A stretch of DNA of 62,248 nt, filler included, from Collodictyon triciliatum (GCA_043381765.1; 4 parts of 4 records of this genome joined end to end with filler, not necessarily neighbours in it); one strand, 5' to 3'. Shown: positions 14,285 through 31,496, counted from the first letter of the whole stretch. The notes: generated by a model not told the origin, from the letters alone. Numbers and translations: made by a program.

Positions 14285-14812
14285 ATGAAACGCCGATCAG
14301 AATCGTGGACTCAGCTGATTCGCAGCAGACACCGCCTCGTGCTTGCAGTGTTTGCTTTCGCGTCTCTCTCCACACTCGGCCTCCTCTTCCAACGAATCAG
14401 CCTCGCGCAGTGGACTCGCAGCCAAGCAGAGGCGATTGTCTGGGTCGACCGGCCGCCTACGCGCAGCGAACTCGGCCATGTGACTTGGACGCTTTTGCAC
14501 ACAATGGCGCAGTCGCTGCCGGATACTTTGGACAGCACTCAGCAGGAGGCTTTTGTGGGTCTGATGAAGGCGTTGCCCAGCCTCTATCCCTGTCGCGAGT
14601 GCGCCCAACACATGAGCGAATACATGGCCCAGAATCCGCCGCCGGGACAGGATGCCGCCAGGAGTCTACTGGCCAGCGACATCCAAGGATATCTTTGCCG
14701 ATTCCACAACTCAGTCAATGCGAGGCTAGGGAAGCCTACCTTTGAGTGCAGTCGGCTCGATGCGCGGTGGAGGAATCCAGAGTTTTGTGGGTGCGCCCCG
14801 ATTGCGCCATAA
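14285..14812 (+). CDS. ERV2: Erv1/Alr-family FAD sulfhydryl oxidase, Erv2-like (N-terminal TM segment, C-terminal CGC); intronless
   Basis: ELGHVTWTLLH, YPCRECAQH (CxxC), CRFHNSVNARLGKPTFEC, C-terminal CGC; hydrophobic LVLAVFAFASLSTLGLLF near the N-terminus. Confidence 0.85.
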   Translation: MKRRSESWTQLIRSRHRLVLAVFAFASLSTLGLLFQRISLAQWTRSQAEAIVWVDRPPTRSELGHVTWTLLHTMAQSLPDTLDSTQQEAFVGLMKALPSLYPCRECAQHMSEYMAQNPPPGQDAARSLLASDIQGYLCRFHNSVNARLGKPTFECSRLDARWRNPEFCGCAPIAP

Positions 14813-15529
14813 TGAGTCCAATGGCTTTTCTTTTTTCTTTTTCTTTTTCTTTTTTCTTTTTTCTTTTTCTTTTTTCTTTTTCTTTTCTTTTCTTTTTCTT
14901 ATTTTCTTTTTTCTTTTTTTCTTATTTTCTTATTTTAGCTGTTACTTTCCCTTGCTTTTCGTTGCTCTTTCATCTAGAATACTGACCTTCGCCCTAGAAT
15001 AAACGCGTCGCACATATGAGATATGACGTTGTAGCTGCGCTGTTCTCTCTCTTCATGCTCACTTGCTTCAGTATCTGTAGAGATAGGCCCAGACGGTACA
15101 CGAACGTGCTTGGTTCATGAAAGAGACATCAGCTCATCAAAAGGTCTGTAAAATGAAGGATTTGTAAGCAAATAGTACAATAGAGTTAGATAGGACGTTT
15201 GAATGTCAAGAGCTAAAGTGTGTTGGTTTGGTGGGTTGATAGTGGCAATGCTTTATGAAGTGGTGCTGATTCCCATGATTCGATTATATTATGAGATGTT
15301 GCGAGGGTTGGCGATACAGTAAGGCTGAACGAGAGCAGAAATATTACTCTTGTTTCTTTCCTTCTTACTTGTTTTTTTTTCACCATACTTTTTCTTTCCA
15401 TTCACTCCGCTTCACCTCCATCTTCATCTTTTTCTTGCGTCTCTCCATGGGCTGAAAGGTCGTGTGCGCAATAAAGACACTTTGACATCACCCAAGGATG
15501 CCTCTTGCTAAACCTGCAGTTGCACTTTT

Positions 15530-15629
15530 NNNNNNNNNNNNNNNNNNNNNNNNNNNNNNNNNNNNNNNNNNNNTTAATTAATTAANNNNNNNNNNNNNNN
15601 NNNNNNNNNNNNNNNNNNNNNNNNNNNNN
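15530..15629. other. Artificial contig spacer N44-TTAATTAATTAA-N44
   Basis: 100-nt spacer with stops in all six frames; identical copies at 31109 and 46684. Confidence 0.97.
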
Positions 15630-16448
15630 ATCCTAAAACAGAATTCGATCCGTTTGAGCCTGGTGCTAAAAACAAAACCGCAAAAAAGAAAAGGCCCCTT
15701 TCTTCACTAGCGATTGCTGACCCAGCTGTGGATTTCTTTAAAATGTACCACACCCAGTCAACATCCGCTTGGCTTAGCTTTTTGAAGGTAAAAAGTTAAT
15801 AAATTGATTCATATTCAATTCGAAAATCGGATGCGTGTACACCCAAAAGATTGGGCATGTCTATTTGTGAGTTCATGTAACGAAAAGATAATAATAATGT
15901 CGAGTATTGTATTCTTATTTGCACATAGCGCCCACTTCCCATTGACCTGTACAAAGTCATTCTCTCTGAAATACATGAATGCGTTATCCCACGCTTCCCA
16001 TCGCCCTTGGCTTTATTCGATTTTCTTGTCAACTCATACAACATCGGTTAGATTATTTTTATAGATAGGAAAATTTGTCTTTTTTTTTTTTTTTTTTTTT
16101 TTACTATTCCTGCCCACTAGTTACATTTGTTTTTAAATCTGTAACAAATTACACTCCCTTCTCTTTCTCATTAATGTCTACGAAAAAAAAATTTTGAACT
16201 CGTAGGTGGTGTTGCAAGTCTTTTGTCGTTGCACGGTTTATTTGTGCTCATGACCAAGCATAATTTGTAAGACTTTGGTGTCTTCAACGATATTAACATC
16301 TCCCTTGATTAAATTGTCTCTGATATGCGAAAGAATTAATGATGATAAAATAACAGGAATTACCCAGATTTTTACCAAAGATTATATGCTTTGCTGACGC
16401 CAAGGTTTCTTTCTCTGCTTCTTTTTCCCTTTCTCTTCTTGACTGGCG

Positions 16449-16544
<96 letters not shown>

Positions 16545-18198
16545 TGATTGCTTGCTTGCTTGCTTGCTGTTGCTTTTGGATATGTAACAATCTTATTGAA
16601 GCATTACTTGGTTCACAACTCTATCTCTGATTTCAGTGTCTTACGTGTGAAGTACCGCAGCAAGTTTTTCAAGCTTCTCTCCACATTTCTTGCCTCATCG
16701 TAACTCTTTGATTAGCCATGGAAGCTGTTGTGCATTTAAATAATTTGCTCTCGTAATGTTGAGGCATTAAGGATTGTAAAATTATTAGATACATTCCCTC
16801 ATACATGATTGCAGCTTTTGCTAAGCGTCTTGCTCGTTTGACACTTACAGCCCCACCGTCTGGATGTCTGATTGTAAGTATTTTTTTATTGCTATTATTA
16901 TTATTATTATTATTCTTATTATTGTTCTTATTCTTATTATTATTCTTATTGTTCTTATTATTATTCTTATTATTATTCTTATTATTATTCTTATTATTAT
17001 TCTTATTATTGTTACTATACACAATCCAACCGATATTTTTTACGTGTCATACTCATGAAATATCAGCAAAATCGGTTACCATCAATGGAATGTGATTTAT
17101 TCGGTACTACACGCGAGTTTAATCTATCCTCGTCATTTGTTTAATTTTATTACACCTAGGTTATTCCTTTCATATACAACCTCCTTGTGCAGCACCAAGC
17201 ATGTCGAAAACTGCTTCACCAAGAAAGAGGTAACGGCGTAATTGGATGGTTTTTATACTTGTTGGCTCCTCCAATTGGAACAAAAAAACTGGTCATATCA
17301 ATACATAGGATGCATAATGTATAAATTCACTATTGATACTTTAGAAGAACAAGAAGGAAATGGTGAAGGCGAACCAGCTGAGACCGCCAATGACGAATCT
17401 AATACAAGTGGTGTTCAAGAAGTTTGTTTCTACTCAAAAATGCAAGGGGAAAAAAGGGTTTATGAAGTTGAGAAAAATGCAAACGCTGGTCGCAATTAGA
17501 ACGAGAAAAAAAAAAGCGTCCTTAAGATAGCATTCTTCTTCTCTTTGATTTTCTACGCAGAAGCTCGAAAGAGACCCATACAATCATGAAGAAATAGACC
17601 CGGTCAAGTCCAACGCAATCAATAGCAGTCTATGGGAACTGGCGGTAAATATGTATTAAGGATGCATTAAGTTCATCATTATAATTGTAAAAAAAAAATA
17701 AATAATAATGCACACACTATCTCCTGAAATGCCTCTGTTCGTCGGTGGTTTGCAGACACTCTCTAAGCACTATTGCCCGCCCGTCTCCCGCGTTGTAAAA
17801 TTGTTGGAGAAGTCTTTTAAAAAGAATGAAAAGTACAATTTGGACGATTTCCTTGAGCAGACGCACTCAACAGTAATTCAAGAATATAGATATCACTTTT
17901 TAAATTGGCCAAGATAATAACCATCTTAAATCTCTTGTTGGATTTATTCCATATTAATTTTTTTTTAATCTTAACTTACATGAATTGTATTTTCCATCCA
18001 GTTTTGAAGAAAAATTAAATATGCTCCTACCCCTCGCAGATTTTTGAGGGTGAGCTAAGACGCAAACTGAAGGCCACACCCGCACTGACTTTCAAGAAAC
18101 CAACTGCACTTTTCGAGCCGAAGGAGGTTTCCGCAGACTTTGGATTTTGGGAAATCCCACAAGGAGCCGAGCTTCCCACCCAAAATACCAAAAAATAA
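15630..18198 (+). CDS. NOC4: Nucleolar complex protein 4 (CBF/Mak21 domain), 5'-truncated by contig start
   Basis: Exons give YPDFYQRLYALL, AAFAKRLARLTLTAPP, IPFIYNLL, DPVKSNAINSSLWEL and HYCPPVS; TAA at 18196-18198. Confidence 0.88.
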
Positions 18199-18357
18199 CC
18201 CCCGATATTTCTCTCGCGTGAAACCCAAATCTCTACGAATACAAACGTGACATCCGGGATATTCGATTTTAATGATATTTCTGCGTGCAGGCACCTTTCT
18301 ACGGGAAGGCTCTGTTTGTATCGTACGTTTATGCTATAAGATTAGTGGGCTGGCCGG

Positions 18358-21869
<3,512 letters not shown>

Positions 21870-22257
21870 TCTCCCGTATCCTTGTACCTTGCAGACTCTT
21901 ACTCCTTTTTTTTTTTTTTTCTTTTCTTTGTTCTTTGCTCTTTGTTTGTCTTTTTCACCAAAAGGCAACAGCAACGGACTGTCTGATTGCTGTATTTCCG
22001 CCCTGTCACCAAAGCTGAAGCTCATGACCAAGTGTGGAAAATATAGTAATATAATCAATAATAGCAATTTTATGATTACATGTTTTTAAAATGATGAATT
22101 TTATAATCAAAATACCTGCATTAAATTATTGAATCTACCTGGATTTGTGGTATGCACAGGTTTAAGGCCGGTTTGTGGTGTGTAGTTGGCGAGTATGCAA
22201 GTGACGTATCTTTGTGCCCAATAATCCGGCAGCAGGATAAACAAGAATTCTGAAACT

Positions 22258-22495
22258 ATAAAAACAAATAAAATAAAAGATAAAAACAAATAAAAACAAA
22301 TAAAAACAAATAAAAACAAATAAAAACAAAAAAGTAAAAGAATAAAAACAAATAAAAACAAATAAAAACAAATAAAAACAAATAAAAACAAACAAAAACA
22401 AACAAAAACAAACAAAAACAAACAAAAACAAACAAAAACAAACAAAAACAAACAAAAACAAATAAGTAAAAGAATAAAAACACTTAAAAACAAAT
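22258..22495. repeat. (TAAAAACAAA/CAAAAACAAA)n 10-mer array between the divergent kinase and OTC starts
   Basis: Direct observation; ends ~30 nt before the OTC ATG. Confidence 0.9.
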
Positions 22496-22523
22496 AATTC
22501 AACTCTCACCGCAGAACTCCACA

Positions 22524-22755
22524 ATGTCACAGCGCCCAGTCCGCCACATCCTCAAGATCTCCGACCTGAGCCAAGCCGAAATCCTGGGCATTCTGGACGA
22601 AGCTGATGCTTTGAAAAAGAATCCGCGCGTATACTCGGGCGCACTGCACCAGCAGACGCTTCTGATGCTCTTCGAAAAGCCATCGCTACGCACACGCGTT
22701 TCATTCGAGGTCGGGATGACTCAAATGGGCGGGCATGCTATCTGTAAGTCGTTGA

Positions 22756-22811
<56 letters not shown>

Positions 22812-24697
22812 CTTTCTTTCTATCTTCCTTTATCTCACTCCAAGTATTTATTTGCCTGTTTTATTGTTTTTATTATTTACTTATTTACTGCAGTCTACAG
22901 CACTGCTGATTCACCACTCGGCAAAAAAGAAACTGTTGCAGACACCGCAAAGGTATTTTATTTCCCCCCACTCTTTCGTCTCTGTCCTGGGTGGGACAAA
23001 TATAATAAGGATTAATGATAATTAAAGTATGAGAATAGAAGGACAGATTACATAGCTGTAATGGTGATGTTACAAGGTTGTCTCTCGCTACTGCGAGTTT
23101 GTCATGGCTCGTCTCAACAAGCGCGAGACTCTCCGGGAACTTGCTGCAAACTCCAGCATTCCAGTCATCAATGCCTTGGACGACTTTGCTCATCCCTGCC
23201 AGGTTTTCTTTTTCTTTTTCTTTTTCTTTTTCTTTTTCTTTTTCTTTTTCTTTTTCTTTTTCTTTTCCTTTTCTTATACTCACACTTACCTACTGTTTAT
23301 TGGCCTTTGTGTCACTATTCTATCTATTCATTCGCATATGCGTTGCACCAGCTATTTCATCGTGGGTATATTCATGCAAACGGAAAACGATTTATTTTAT
23401 TATTTTTTTTTAAAAAAAAAACCCTAAGACTTATTCTCTCCCCCATAACAATAAAAGATCCTCGCTGACTTGCAAACGATCCGGGAGAAGCTTGGAAAGG
23501 ACAAGATCGCCACTCTCAAGGTTTTTTTTTTCTCTTTCTTTCTATTTTCTTTCTCATTTCGTTCATTTTTAGTTCTGTAAAATAGGATGAATTCCATCAA
23601 GAATCATATGCAGTCCATTCATCTACTTTCCTTTACTTCCATGGTTTGCATCATGTTACACTTGCATAGATGGCATACTTTGGCGATTGCTACAACAACG
23701 TCACATACGACTTGATGCGTGCAGCCGCTGTCCTGGGCTATGAAATCCGAGTGTGTGGGCCTGCTGGAGCAGAGTTCACTCCTGAGCAAGAAGTATTCTT
23801 TCTTGAAGATACGTCATCGCATCATGACATCTTTGTTGCAGCCATTCAATCATTGTCCAACTTAGGTTGTGGACGAGTGTAATGCTCTTAATGCCACATC
23901 CGGCGGCAAACTTGTTGTCACCAACGACCCAAAGGGGGCTGCCACTGGTGTGGACGTTGTCTACACAGACAGGTTTGCCTATTGCACCTCAAATCCTTCA
24001 ATCTCCTTCACTAGGCGGTCTGATAGTGACATTTCGGTAATTGAAAGAGGCAGTCATTTTCGGTGGTTTATTTCTCTTTTAAGAAGAAGAAGAAGCTAGC
24101 AATCAAACGAATGTATTTCAACTTCATTCTAGCTGGATGAGCTATCACATCGACAAGTCTCAGATGGAGGAGCGCATCAAGACCTTCGGTCCATATCAGG
24201 TTCATTGATTTCTTGTTACATTCCTAGTTCCCAGCAACAAACACCACTCGCCGCCGTTTTCACTCATTTGCCATTCCATAAGAGTTAGAATGTAAACATG
24301 ACCAGAAGTATGCGTTTTGTAACATACAACATCTCTCAAATCTTCCATGAAATGTGACTAAACATCGGTCTGTCAAAGGTAACCACCGAGCTCATGGGCT
24401 TGGCTGCTACAAACGCAATCTTCATGAACTGCCTTCCTGCCGCCCGCGGGATGGAGCAAACTGCCGATGTTGTCGACGGGCCTCAAAGTGTGGTCTTTGA
24501 TGAGGTGAGTTTACTTCACGCCATAAGTCCTCTAGATTCAGGCACCCTAACCGTGCAAACATGATTAATCGTTGGTTTCCAATACAAGAACCCTCTCAAT
24601 TTGCTGTATGACTATTTCCATTCATCACCAGGCCGAGAACCGCCTTCACGCCCAAAAAGCTTTGCTGCTGTTTCTAAGCCGCTCCACGCAACAGTAA
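22524..24697 (+). CDS. OTC: Ornithine carbamoyltransferase, multi-exon, no evident targeting peptide
   Basis: [70 protein letters not shown] at 24695-24697. Confidence 0.93.
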
Positions 24698-25009
24698 TTT
24701 TGCACAAGGAATAAAACAAAGCGTGGCAAAAGCTAACTTTTCCAAGCATCTTGACGCATTTTACCTTATCGACCAAACATGCAATTCCACTTCGGATGAA
24801 TCATCATGATAATAATGAAACAACTTTATGAATGAAGACAATCTACTTGTGTTGTATGTGAAAATAAAATCAAGGAAAAAGAAAAAGAAATGAAGAGGAG
24901 ACATGGCTTCAATGCTTGCACATGAAAATAACTACAATGAAAAGGCAAAGCCTGCATAAAACATAGGCAAAGCACCGACCCTACTAAAAAAAAACTTCGA
25001 GCAGTTAGG

Positions 25010-28000
25010 CTATGCAAAATGCGGGTGAAGGCGGTCTAGGAGCGCGTTGGGTGCGAATGTTTGCTTCGGGCGACTGAGAAAATAGACGCTCTTTCCGGCT
25101 GGAGCAACAATCTCGTAGTCAAAAAGGGAGTCTGTGACAACATAAACTTGTCCCGAAACCTGTGTTTGTCCCGGTGCGCCTGTAGACTCCATCCGTTGCG
25201 CCTCATAAACAGCCTCTCCCCACTGCATAAAGGAGCTTATTAGCGCGTGACAGAACACAGAAGAAGCTCCTTACACACTTTTTTCCCCCTTCGCTTTGGA
25301 GTATTTTTCTGAAAGACGCACTTGATTTGGAAATAGAAAAGAAAAGGAAAGATACCACGTCATAACTGAACTTTGTCATTCCAATGACGCCAGAGACAGC
25401 CGAGCCGATGGCGACACCGATACGGAACTGCACTTGATGCCCGATATCTGTAGATATCCTATCTGCTGTGATATGCGCATCTAAAGCCAAGTCGAGCATG
25501 GATTTCAACTGGGTCATGAATGATGGAGGAGTCTCTGCTATCTCCAAGTCGTGATTGATGCCCCCGACAATCTAGGAACAGAGAAAAGAAATCACTGGAT
25601 AGCTTTACAAGAAATGAAAGCGGCAAAATGTAATTTTTTTTTTTAAAAAAAATACATCGTTATGTTCCTGATGAAAAAAAAAAAAATAGGGAAAGAAAGG
25701 GAATGGAATCTACAAATTACAAAAATTTACCACAACACAATCACCAAGGCTCTTGAGTTTTTGTAATCTATACTTTATTGAGAGTTCGTCGAATGATGAA
25801 AATATGCTGTTGAGCAGCCTGCTCAGTTGTGACAAGTTAATATCCCCAGCTATTTTTGTGAAGCTGCATTTTAAGAAAGAAAATTAGCATGTGATATATA
25901 CACCTGGAGCTGGAATTTTGTTTACAAATGTATTGCAATGTCCTCGCAGTATTACCCAACTACATCGGCGTATAAAACGCACACTTGGGAGTGATAATCA
26001 CCGAAATTTGTGGGTGATTCTCGAAGTCGGTCGTATATTTGCTTTGTTTGGGTATTGTCTGTTATTACTTTTCGAAAATAAACGTAATAGGTTTGTTCCA
26101 AGTTTTCATGTTAATCATGCTCATGCACAATAGTATCAAACTAAAGGTATAGATACCTTCGGGAATATTGTAGAAATCATCACCATCGTGTTGTATCTCT
26201 GTTCATCTATAACCTCTGCTTCAATCTACAGCAGACAAGAATATATTAAATCAGGTTCCGATGGTATTTTTATATTGAGATACTATGAGGAGATCATCAT
26301 ATCTGACACGTTTTAAAATATACACCAGAGGATTATTGGTGTTGGATTCCATAGAGTAAGGATTGATGTTTAGCAAAGAAATGTCATTTACTTTCAACAG
26401 TTTGGCCACGCCGTACGATGTTCTCTTTTGGTGCTCGATTGAATAGCATGTGCAAACCCCGAGTAAATACACACATATGTTTGGGACAAAAGCAGAGCGA
26501 ATAAAGTTGTCTCCCTTAATAATAACTAGAGTCTGGCAAATTGGGAAGAGTATTGAATGGAGCTGGCAGACCAATTATATTAAATTTTATATGTTTCGCT
26601 ACAAATAGAATGCTATGCAAGAGGAAATGCGAACCTGAAGCAGTATGAAGCCCATTGAAACAGTACCGAATCGATCCCAGAAAATAGTGTTTGGGAAGGT
26701 AAAGGTGATGGACATGAGAGATACAAGCTCCAAGTTGTAAAGACAACACACTAGTAATTTTTTTTTTTGTGCGCGTATGTCAGAGTGTAGATAGGAAGTG
26801 ATTATTTTAGTAAATAGACAGGCTTTTTTTTTTTATCTTGACACATGACTTTTATTAAATATGAGAATATTCAGGACTAACCAAATCCATATTGGTAGTC
26901 ATGGTCACCAGATATATACAGCTTTACAAACATGGATGATATTAGAGCGATATCGAGAGAAAACACGAAGGCTCTCATATACCTAGGGATTATTTGGCGT
27001 ATTATGTAGTGAGCTTATATAGAATGCATAAAAAAAACACACACACAAACAAATGCATCATCACAAATCGGTAATAATGAGTCACCTTTTATTGTCGTAG
27101 TATAAACAGCATAAATACACCAACCCGATTATGATTGGGATTTGTATGGCGAAACGGACAACCAAGAGCTGCGTTTGAATGTGTGGAGGGACAAAACACA
27201 AATCTATCACGGCCCAGATGCATATGTGAATCAAAACTCCAAAGAATGCATCTCTTGCAGAATTTTTTTCATAGTGTGACCTAAACAAACAAGTCAGATA
27301 ATCACTCAAAGTCACGTGCCCATATGCAAAAGACAAGAGACATGCCTTCATTCACTTGAGAATGCATAAATATATTGTAAAGAAATGTTGATACGCACTT
27401 GCTTACATACTCCTTTTCAACTTCCACATCACAGAATTTCAGGTATTTTAACATTGATAAGGATTCCATCTCAACCCTGAAAAAAAAGTTAGTGAACTAC
27501 ACTTTCAAGCAATTTTTAAGATAATATTTACTCTTTCATTTTATCCTTTTGCTCAACCACGTATATTTCACCACCTGGCATATTTTTTTTGAAAAAAAAT
27601 TGCGTTTTAGATATGGGTTAACTATTATTGTATTGTTAGCTTGGATGTGGAGAAGAAAAGCAAAAAAAAAAAAATAAATATTTTTTTTAATGGGACATAT
27701 AAAAGGACAAGGAGGAAAGTAGCTAAAAAGCTAAAGTACTTAACACGAAAGGCTTGGATATCTCCTGTTTAAGGTCGTATCCTTCCACAAGATAGTGAGT
27801 CTCAACCTCACCCTAAACATGTCATGGTTGACACGGTTAGGACGATGGATTTGTTAGCAGCATTATGACTATCGTGATTGATTCAAGAAAAGCTAGAAAA
27901 TACCTTCCCCTTGAGAAACGTCAGCCCCCGCGTTTCAAAGAAGAACCCCTCCTTGACTTGTTGCAAAACTTGCGAGCTTACGTGAATATGATTGGCTTCG

Positions 28001-30047
28001 CATGTGCTATTCAAACGGCTCGCAATATTAACATTATCACCCCTACGGATACATTCAAAAATATCAGTTACTTTTTTTAAATTTTTTTTTTATTATGAAT
28101 GAGTTATACGATGACAAGAATCATGACATTACCACACATCAAATGTAAGTCTCTCCATTCCGATAATTCCTACATTCATTTTTATTGAGTACCATATAGT
28201 GAGAATTGGTGTCGCAGATAAAGTTTGAGAATTGATGGAATTGACTAAGCACACACCTGCTATACAATCTCCTGTATGAACTCCGAAAGTAATCACAGAT
28301 TCGGCGAGATATGCGTGCTTCTTTCTTATAGTCGGCATTGCTTCCAGTATAGATATTGCAACTTTGAGCATTCTCTGGCAATGATCTGGCGAATAGACGG
28401 GTACTCCAGATACGAGCTGGAATATATTTTAAAAAAAATGTTACTGGAGTACATGTAAGGGTGATAATTAGAATATTTCAAAATCGTGATTTTCAGGCAT
28501 ACAAGAAAATGCGATCAAGCTATTCCAAAAAGGAAAAAAAACCAACCAAAATTGATGTGCCCATGCATTTAATCCTGTCTACATCGAAAACGTGGCATAT
28601 TCGGTCCACATACTGAAGAAAAACACTTATGGCGCATACCTTAATTAACAATAAAAAAAATAAGAAATGGAAATGCCCTTCAAATGTTAAATGTTACTTT
28701 TCTTCCATATGCGTGTACAGAAGAAATATGTCAACTACAACAAATAATTTATCTTGTAAGTTCTAGTTCTAAAGAGTTTTTATTCAGAATAAAAAAAAAG
28801 CAAAAAAAAAAAATAATCAAAATATTACTATTTGAGTCGGGTCAGAACTTCTAGACTGAAGAGACGGTCTAAAGGGAAGAATTAAAGTGATCAAACATGT
28901 GTCTTTATTTTAAAACATTATAAATGTCACAGGGAAATGGCAATAAAAGTGCGTAAATGTTAATGAAGGACCAAAAAGAAGAAAACCCCACGAATATATG
29001 GAGGAGAACATGAAAGATCCATGGTGCAGTTGAACAGAGGAGAGAAACCGTGTTGCTGGGTCGTCCGTCTTAGACAAATAAGTAAAAAGATACAGATTAG
29101 CCTTACTATCCGAATAAATTACAAGTAGCATCCCAGACGCAGCTTTTGAAATGACTTAATTTACGCACCCCCTTGAAGCATACCAGGTTGCACAAATCAC
29201 TGACCATTTTATTTGGCACAATTGACCTAGCATGTTTGAGGGGATGATTAGTATAACAAAATAATATTTTTCTAAAAAAAAAAAAAAAAAGAATAATAAT
29301 CCAAAGCTATGGGAAAAATCATAAGGCTTATGCGAATATATACCTCGCTAGGTTGTGAGCCTTGATACTCTCCTCTTTTACCCTTTGGTGATCAAAAACT
29401 AAGGCCATTTTCCGAGCAAAAAATAGTTTCATGTCGATACAGAGGTATTTTCCATTTATGAGCATCGGAACGGCGTTAGCGAGTGAAATGCAGAGGATAA
29501 CAGCAGCGTGATTGATATTTGTCCACGCTAAATTGAACAGAAATAAAGCAACAACCGTAAATATGATGCCTATGGCCGACTGGACAAAACTGATTCGCTC
29601 GATTCCAGCAAAGTACATGGAGAGCAACGGCGTTGCGATGGAAGGAAGAATTGAGTACGGATGCAAACGAGGAAGAGCAAGGAAAACCAAAGCTATAAAA
29701 GGTGGTATTTTGTAGAGAAACAGCCTCGTATGCAAACATCTTCCTAGCCTATTTCTTGACAAAAAAGCCATGAAGCCTATTCCAACCAGAAGTCCAAGAG
29801 AGACAAAATCCAGAGTGTCTCTGGAGTCAGTTTTGATTAGCCAGTCAACCAAAAGAAGTCCAGCACAAATGACAGATGTTCTTTTTATCCGAAGGAAAGC
29901 GTCATCGATGGTCCTGTTTGTATAGAGAGCCTCCTCGTTGGGGTTGCGAAAGTGGATGAAGCGATCTAGGGCTCGTGAATGCTCCCTGTGAAATGCGGAT
30001 AACATGGTCGATTTTTTTAAAAAGGTGCGGGGCAGGTACATACCCAT
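25010..30047 (-). CDS. Class III membrane nucleotide cyclase (TM cluster-cyclase-TM cluster-cyclase), predicted adenylyl-specific
   Basis: First TM block in ORF 29328-30047; cyclase 1 RIKCMGTS...GVHTGDCIAG.IG..RLTFDVWGDNVNIASRL; second hydrophobic block ~26400-27290; cyclase 2 ADVVGFT...KLKSLGDC...FRIGVAIG...FSYDVWGEAVYEAQRMES. Confidence 0.85.
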
Positions 30048-31108
30048 TTCATTTGATTAGAATGTAGCTGGGCTTGTCCTTCTACTCACCAGTCCAAGGC
30101 ATACTTTGACCAAGATTGGAGTTCGGAAGAAAAATAGAAGACCAGATCGTTTTCTCTGATCATTTAGTCCGTAAGTGATTGCCAGCAGAGCCGAACATGC
30201 GAGGGCCCATCAAAAAAAGAAAATAAAAAAAAGGCGCAAATCAAACACACACAAAAGCAACAGATCAGAGGCAAGGAATAAAGAGAGGGACAATCGGATG
30301 AAAGGCCAAGGCAAGAAATAAATAAATGAAAGCATATAAATTAGCTCGTAGCGGCTTTGTTATTTAAAAAAAAAAAGGAAGTAAGGAACAGATTATCCTC
30401 CCAGAGTATAGAGGTTTTCTCCTTTTTTTTTTTTTGAAGAAGGTGATGGGCATACTCTATTCAAAAACACATACATGCGGATGGAGTGTATGTCGAGCAG
30501 CTCCTTCTCGTCTGTAATGTAATTCCCACCAAGACTTTGCGCGTCCATCGCGAGGATAAGCGCCCTGCACTCTAGATCGAGAGGCAAAACCTTTTGGTCG
30601 CAGGGTTAGCGAGGATTCCGGCTCTTGGTTCACGGACTGACCTTAAATGAGTTTGGAGTTTAGTTGCGGCGACTGTGGCCCTCCTTTTGTGTCTTGGCTT
30701 TCCATCGAAACCTAAACGTCACTTTTTTGCCAAAGGAATTGCGCAAGATTAATCAAATTGGATCAGGGTGTGGTTTCTCTCAACACAAAACGCGCTAGAC
30801 AATTGCCAAAGGCATCCTTTTCGGACGAATTTCCGAGAATCTTCGGATTAGGCAATCTGTTCAATTTCAAGTTAAACGTCATATTTTCCACAAATGCACT
30901 GTACTCCATTTCAAATACTGTATTACTTGTACGATATGCATGTCAAGCTAGCGTTTTATTTGGTTATTCGACAACAAAATTGAAATACCATGTGTAAAAT
31001 ACGGTAATATGTTTTTTGTTTTTTGTTTTTTGTTTTTTGTTTTTTGTTTTTTGTTTTTTGTTTTTTGTTTTTTGTTTTTTGTTTTTTGTTTTTTGTTTTT
31101 TTTTTTTT

Positions 31109-31208
31109 NNNNNNNNNNNNNNNNNNNNNNNNNNNNNNNNNNNNNNNNNNNNTTAATTAATTAANNNNNNNNNNNNNNNNNNNNNNNNNNNNNNNNNNNN
31201 NNNNNNNN
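31109..31208. other. Artificial contig spacer N44-TTAATTAATTAA-N44
   Basis: Same spacer as at 15530; both flanking contig ends are microsatellites. Confidence 0.97.
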
Positions 31209-31496
31209 CAAAAAACCAAAAAACCAAAAAACCAAAAAACCAAAAAACCAAAAAACCAAAAAACCAAAAAACCAAAAAACCAAAAAACCAAAAAACCAAA
31301 AAACCAACAAAAAAAAACAAAACAAAAAAACATGGTGCCCTTTCCACAATCCTATGAAACAAAAAAGAAAAAGAAAAAGAAAAAGAAAAAGAAAAAGAAA
31401 AAGAAAAAGAAAAAGAAAAGGTAATATCTATCCAGCACATACCCAAACAACCCACCCTGTCTCACAAATAATAAATCACCGACACCCAACGAGCAG

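Noticed and set aside
15574-15585. Palindromic TTAATTAATTAA repeated three times at ~15.6-kb spacing
   Set aside because: Synthetic six-frame-stop spacer embedded in N44 blocks; not biological.
16011-16022. ctttattcgatt partial match to the family-1 motif
   Set aside because: It lies in a NOC4 coding exon (ALFDF) with no tail or TSD; chance match.
30393-30997. Short ORFs near the end of contig 2
   Set aside because: No consistent spliced frame or recognisable motif.
31332-31420. MVPF... start resembling the WecE N-terminus
   Set aside because: It runs into a (GAAAAA)n repeat and its donor phase (2) does not match the acceptor phase (1); the true first exon is probably off-contig.
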